DNA of 64,000 nucleotides from Candidatus Poribacteria bacterium (GTDB lineage Bacteria > Poribacteria > WGA-4E > PCPOR2b), in contig OZ244042.1 of assembly GCA_965215015.1 (NCBI GenBank), positions 1,280,001 to 1,344,000 on the forward strand, read 5' to 3'. Below, piece by piece: positions 60,153-64,000 of the stretch. The position numbers and the translations under genes were made by a program. The notes beneath the pieces were generated by a model that saw nothing but the letters and a program-made list of their open reading frames with translations, ran no database searches and was not told the origin of the DNA. The stretch's first letter is position 1. Every line of letters starts with the position of its first letter.

Positions 60153-60719
60153 TTAGTGACCATGGTGCTCCTTTAAGCTATATGCTTTTCGGACGAGCTC
60201 CGGATCCTTGGCAAACCGCTTTGTTGCATCAATCAGATGATCAATGTGGGTGTGCATTTCCTTCTCAATTCGGGAGATCCGGTCAAGCAAGTAGGGCTCT
60301 TTACTTTGATAGACCGCCTTTCTGATAATTGAAAGGAGATACATGTAGACCGTGTCCGCTTCGCTTCCCTCAATCTCAATGGCAATTTCAAATCCCTCTT
60401 GAAGCGTAACCTGTTCTGAAGCAACTTGTCCTTCATATTTGTCTAGGGCTTGCATAATCTGCTGGATAGATACAGGCGGCATTTCTGTAGCTGGTGTGTC
60501 CAGTCCAAAACTTCGGGCACACAGCGACCTTCCAAAATCAACGAGGATATAGTGTTGCCATTCCTCTGTGCTCATCTGCTCCCAAAATCGAGCGACCCGC
60601 TCATCAACATTCCCCAGCAGAAGGGACAGCATTGCGTATAATTTTGCATGTCTTAGTTCAATATTTTGACATGAATTGAATACCTCTGCTAAAGTCACGG
60701 GAGGTTTATCCTTTCTCAT
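60153..60719 (-). CDS. ferritin/rubrerythrin-like four-helix protein
   Basis: IE...Y, EEWQH, AIEIE..E, EMHTH pattern of Glu and ExxH motifs. Confidence 0.6.
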   Translation of the reverse strand: MRKDKPPVTLAEVFNSCQNIELRHAKLYAMLSLLLGNVDERVARFWEQMSTEEWQHYILVDFGRSLCARSFGLDTPATEMPPVSIQQIMQALDKYEGQVASEQVTLQEGFEIAIEIEGSEADTVYMYLLSIIRKAVYQSKEPYLLDRISRIEKEMHTHIDHLIDATKRFAKDPELVRKAYSLKEHHGH

Positions 60720-60915
60720 AAATTTGATGGAATCTACTAAACAAAAGTATAGCAGAATGTTGACGATGAATCAAATAAAAAGTACAATGAGGCCCCCATA
60801 CTCGGTCGAGGTTGCTAAATTCCGAGCACCGTTGGATTTGACAATCCAACGAAAGGGTTGGGAGTTTCTATACAATCAGTACAGACCTGACCTTCAAGGC
60901 AGATAGGCAATACAG

Positions 60916-61670
60916 ATGTGTTCTAGTAATCAGGTGTAGTTAATTTTTTATCTTGCCTGTGTTTGGGGGCAGGTGTGTGGTTGTGGGCAGGTGTGTGGTT
61001 GTGCCGATAGCCCGACACGATCACCGCACTCACGGACTGCTCAGACAAATGCCGAAGCAGAACCGCAGATAACCCCTTTGGAATTAGGAATGGTGCTCAG
61101 CCCTGCCGGCGAGTTCTTAATGGGAAGCGAGAATGGTGAAAAAGATGAACAGCCGGTTCACAGAGTCTTTCTCGATGCCTATGAGATAGATCTGCATATA
61201 GTGACAAATGAGCAGTATGCAAGATTTATGAAGGCAACTGACCATCCGCCTCCACCCCATTGGAACGACCGGAGATTCAAAAAACCTCGACAACTGTCGT
61301 TGATGTCAGTTGGTTCGATCCTGTTGCTTATTGTGAATGGGATAGTAAACGGTTGCCCACAGAAGCGGAGTGGGAAAAAGCCGCAAGGGGCGGTCTCATC
61401 CAAAAAGAGTATCCTTGGGGCGATGAATCTCCGAAAGGGCGCGCGGACTTTGGTCAAAAGCACAGCGTACCATTGCCGGTAGGCAGCTTTCCACCGAATA
61501 GATTCGGCGTGTACGATTGTGCAGGCAGCGTGTGGGAGTGGTGCCACGATTGGTACGAACCCGATTATTACGCGGTTAACCCGATACGAAATCCGACTGG
61601 CGTTGAAACAGGTGGGGCGCGTGTGCTGCGTGGTGGTGCCTGGAACAACAAGCGCAGCCAAATTCGTTGA
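60916..61670 (+). pseudogene. FGE-sulfatase (SUMF1-like) pseudogene
   Basis: TAG at 60937 in the signal region; 18-bp tandem duplication 60967-61002; 1-nt frameshift near 61294 (PRQ/VVDVSW); ends after RGGAW without the terminal GFR. Confidence 0.85.
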
Positions 61671-61698
61671 GTCCGAAATCAATCTGAGCTGTAGGTTC

Positions 61699-62466
61699 TT
61701 ACCTCAACGCTGGCAAATTATCCCAATTGCACTCAAGGCAGAAATAGCTCTCTCCACCGATTCGCTGAACCTCCCCATCACATTCTGGACAGTTTGTTAT
61801 TGTAAACGGCGACTCCTCTTGGAAGTGTTGCTGATGATGGGGGGGACCGTCGATTTCTACGCCGACGCTATTCCGGACAGTGTCAATAACGTCTTGAGGT
61901 TGAAGTGCTAACGGCGGAGGTGTACTGCCGGCAAGATCAATAAAATCACTATGATAGACGTTGATTTCATTGGCTGCATTAACCTGACGGAGAAAAATTG
62001 TATACTTGTTTGGCGCGATTAGGTAAGCCTCCGTGTCTAAGAGTTGAGTCCCTACCCCCACAATGAGATCGTATCCGCTAAAGTTGATGAGGCGTCGACT
62101 GTATCGGCTGCCCCTATTATGAACCTCAAACAGTTCGCGCACCCGTCTGGAAGATAAAAGGAGACAATATTGACGATGTAGATAGCGGTTTAAGCGGGCT
62201 GTCGGCAAAAAGACGTCAGGTTCAGCGGCACCTCTCAAAAACCTGATAAACATCTTGTAAGCATCGTTGGGGACTTCATTGAGAATTTGCCGCGTTAGGT
62301 TACGACGGGTACTGTCTCTGAGCGCATACAGGTGGTGAATCTCCCACGAACGGAGCAGAAACCCAACCTCAACATCGAGTTCTTCAGGCTGCTCGGGTGG
62401 CGTAATTCGACAGAGGTGCATCATCGCTTGATCTGTTGTTTTGATAGTAAATGGGAGCATGTTCAT
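61699..62466 (-). CDS. hypothetical protein with C-terminal zinc ribbon; start uncertain
   Basis: Long open frame ending CPECDGEVQRIGGESYFCLECNWD. Confidence 0.7.
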   Translation of the reverse strand: MNMLPFTIKTTDQAMMHLCRITPPEQPEELDVEVGFLLRSWEIHHLYALRDSTRRNLTRQILNEVPNDAYKMFIRFLRGAAEPDVFLPTARLNRYLHRQYCLLLSSRRVRELFEVHNRGSRYSRRLINFSGYDLIVGVGTQLLDTEAYLIAPNKYTIFLRQVNAANEINVYHSDFIDLAGSTPPPLALQPQDVIDTVRNSVGVEIDGPPHHQQHFQEESPFTITNCPECDGEVQRIGGESYFCLECNWDNLPALR

Positions 62467-62741
62467 CGGATCAATCACTTCCGCATTGAAACAATGTCTG
62501 ATAGCAACCTCAATTAGTTTACCACAGGTGCTAAGGCGTGTCCAGCAAAAAGGTTTACGCTCGGAAGTTACCCCTTTGTTTATGTCAATTCTACTAACTG
62601 ATATTGAATAATTCGCTCTCCCAAGGAAAGTAGGTTTTTGAGTTGTCAATAAAGTGGAGATCGGTTATACTTACCTTCTAACGATGCAACTTTGATTGCG
62701 ACCTACAGTGAGTAACGCGATTCCACTCGACAAAAACCTTT

Positions 62742-64000
62742 ATGACGATGCCTGCTTTGCCTTCCAAACAACCGCCCGAAAAAATTACTTGGCGAACGGT
62801 AATACTTTCGCTACTTCTCCTGCCCTTCATCTATGTTTGGCACATCGAGTGTGAAGCCCTCCGATATACCTTCCCGACGCTGATGGCACCCTTTTACAGC
62901 GTTGTCTTTACCCTCCTGATTTTAGTTATAATCAACGTTCCTCTGAAAAAGTTCGCCGCCAAATACGCTTTAACAGGTGGGGAATTGATCTCGCTCTACG
63001 TCCTGATGTCAATGACCCTCTTGTTCATGTCGTACGACATGTTTCTACCGCTGGTTTCGATTATCGTTCACGCCTTCTATTTTGCCACACCAGAGAATGA
63101 GTGGCGCGACCTGTTCTGGAAGTATTTGCCAGAATGGTTGACCATTAACGACCCAGACATCCTGATTGCCTTTTATCGCGGTGACGAGGATTTCTTGCAG
63201 TGGCGGTATCTTCGTCGCTGGATAGAGCCGACCCTCTGGTGGTGTGCCTTCACGTTTATCCTGCTTTTTGTCATGCAGTGCATTAATACAATCATCCGTA
63301 AGCAGTGGGCGGAGCAGGAACGGCTCGTCTACCCGATTGTCGAACTCCCCTACCAAATTTCTTATAACAGTAGGAACTTCTTTCATAGCGTACCAATGTG
63401 GTGGGGATTTACAATTGCGACGTTTATCAGTCTCCTCAATGGGCTGCACCTCTTTTTTCCCGTTCTCCCTGAAATTCCGGTGAAGCATTTCTCCTTAAAT
63501 CTGTTCTTTACAGAAAAACCGTGGACTGCCTTTTTAACGGGCGGAAGTGCAATCTTGGTCTATCCGTTTGCAGTTGGACTTAGCTTTCTAATGCCGCTTG
63601 ACCTGCTTATGTCATGTATCCTCTTTTTCTTCTTATACAAGATGCAAGCCTTCCTTGGAATTATATCTGGATTAGATAGTCTGCCCGGCTTTCCTTTTCC
63701 TTATGAACAGAACATTGGGGCTTATACAGGGGTCTCGGTGATTGTGCTGTGGGGAACGCGGCGACAGATATGGCGGGCGTTTCTGCAAGCTGCTGGACGG
63801 AGTTCGCGCGAAGACGAGAACGAACCGATGCGGTATCGGACAGCGTTTTTAGGGCTGTTATTCGGTGGGGTATTCCTCATCTGGTTCGCGATGCGGGGCG
63901 GGATGGCACTCTGGATTGCTGTCCTGTTTTTCGTGGCACATTTCCTGACCATTGCCATTGCCGTCACGCGCATCCGTGCACAGATAGGGCTTTCTATCCA
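62742..64000 (+). CDS. polytopic membrane protein, DUF6785-like (runs off the window)
   Basis: Not in the ORF track because it has no stop; frame from ATG 62742 reads ELISLYVLM, ATPENEW..F..YLPEWL, RKQWAEQERLVYPIVELP, with many TM segments. Confidence 0.8.
   Translation, partial: MTMPALPSKQPPEKITWRTVILSLLLLPFIYVWHIECEALRYTFPTLMAPFYSVVFTLLILVIINVPLKKFAAKYALTGGELISLYVLMSMTLLFMSYDMFLPLVSIIVHAFYFATPENEWRDLFWKYLPEWLTINDPDILIAFYRGDEDFLQWRYLRRWIEPTLWWCAFTFILLFVMQCINTIIRKQWAEQERLVYPIVELPYQISYNSRNFFHSVPMWWGFTIATFISLLNGLHLFFPVLPEIPVKHFSLNLFFTEKPWTAFLTGGSAILVYPFAVGLSFLMPLDLLMSCILFFFLYKMQAFLGIISGLDSLPGFPFPYEQNIGAYTGVSVIVLWGTRRQIWRAFLQAAGRSSREDENEPMRYRTAFLGLLFGGVFLIWFAMRGGMALWIAVLFFVAHFLTIAIAVTRIRAQIGLSI

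Overview
About 64 kb of a bacterial chromosome (roughly 50% GC by eye). The gene mix (sulfatase, FGE/SUMF1 proteins, PhyH-HEAT fusion, enolase-superfamily and Gfo/Idh/MocA enzymes, BatA/DUF58, a DUF6785-like membrane protein) is reminiscent of Candidatus Poribacteria, but this is inference only. Core genes: acnA (5'-truncated), nfi, sucD, der, a six-tRNA cluster and tig-clpP-clpX-lon-S4. Accessory content: (i) a complete type I Zorya anti-phage operon (zorABCD) lying, with a BMP lipoprotein and a dead toxin-antitoxin pair, between the binding protein and the ATPase/permease of a PhnCDE-like ABC transporter; (ii) a three-gene cytochrome cluster (P460-like lipoprotein, Cyc2-like cytochrome-porin fusion with a second CxxCH, inner-membrane diheme protein) that looks like an uncharacterised trans-envelope electron conduit; (iii) non-coding elements: a promoter-bearing IS200/IS605 remnant resembling an orphan TnpB omega-RNA, a 6S-like rod RNA, a promoter/terminator-bounded sRNA, a MITE family with 5-bp target duplications and variable REP cargo, and a duplicated repeat whose internal ~105-bp cassette is flipped between copies; (iv) several pseudogenes. 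No CRISPR array or rRNA seen. All family assignments are by motif recognition, not database search.
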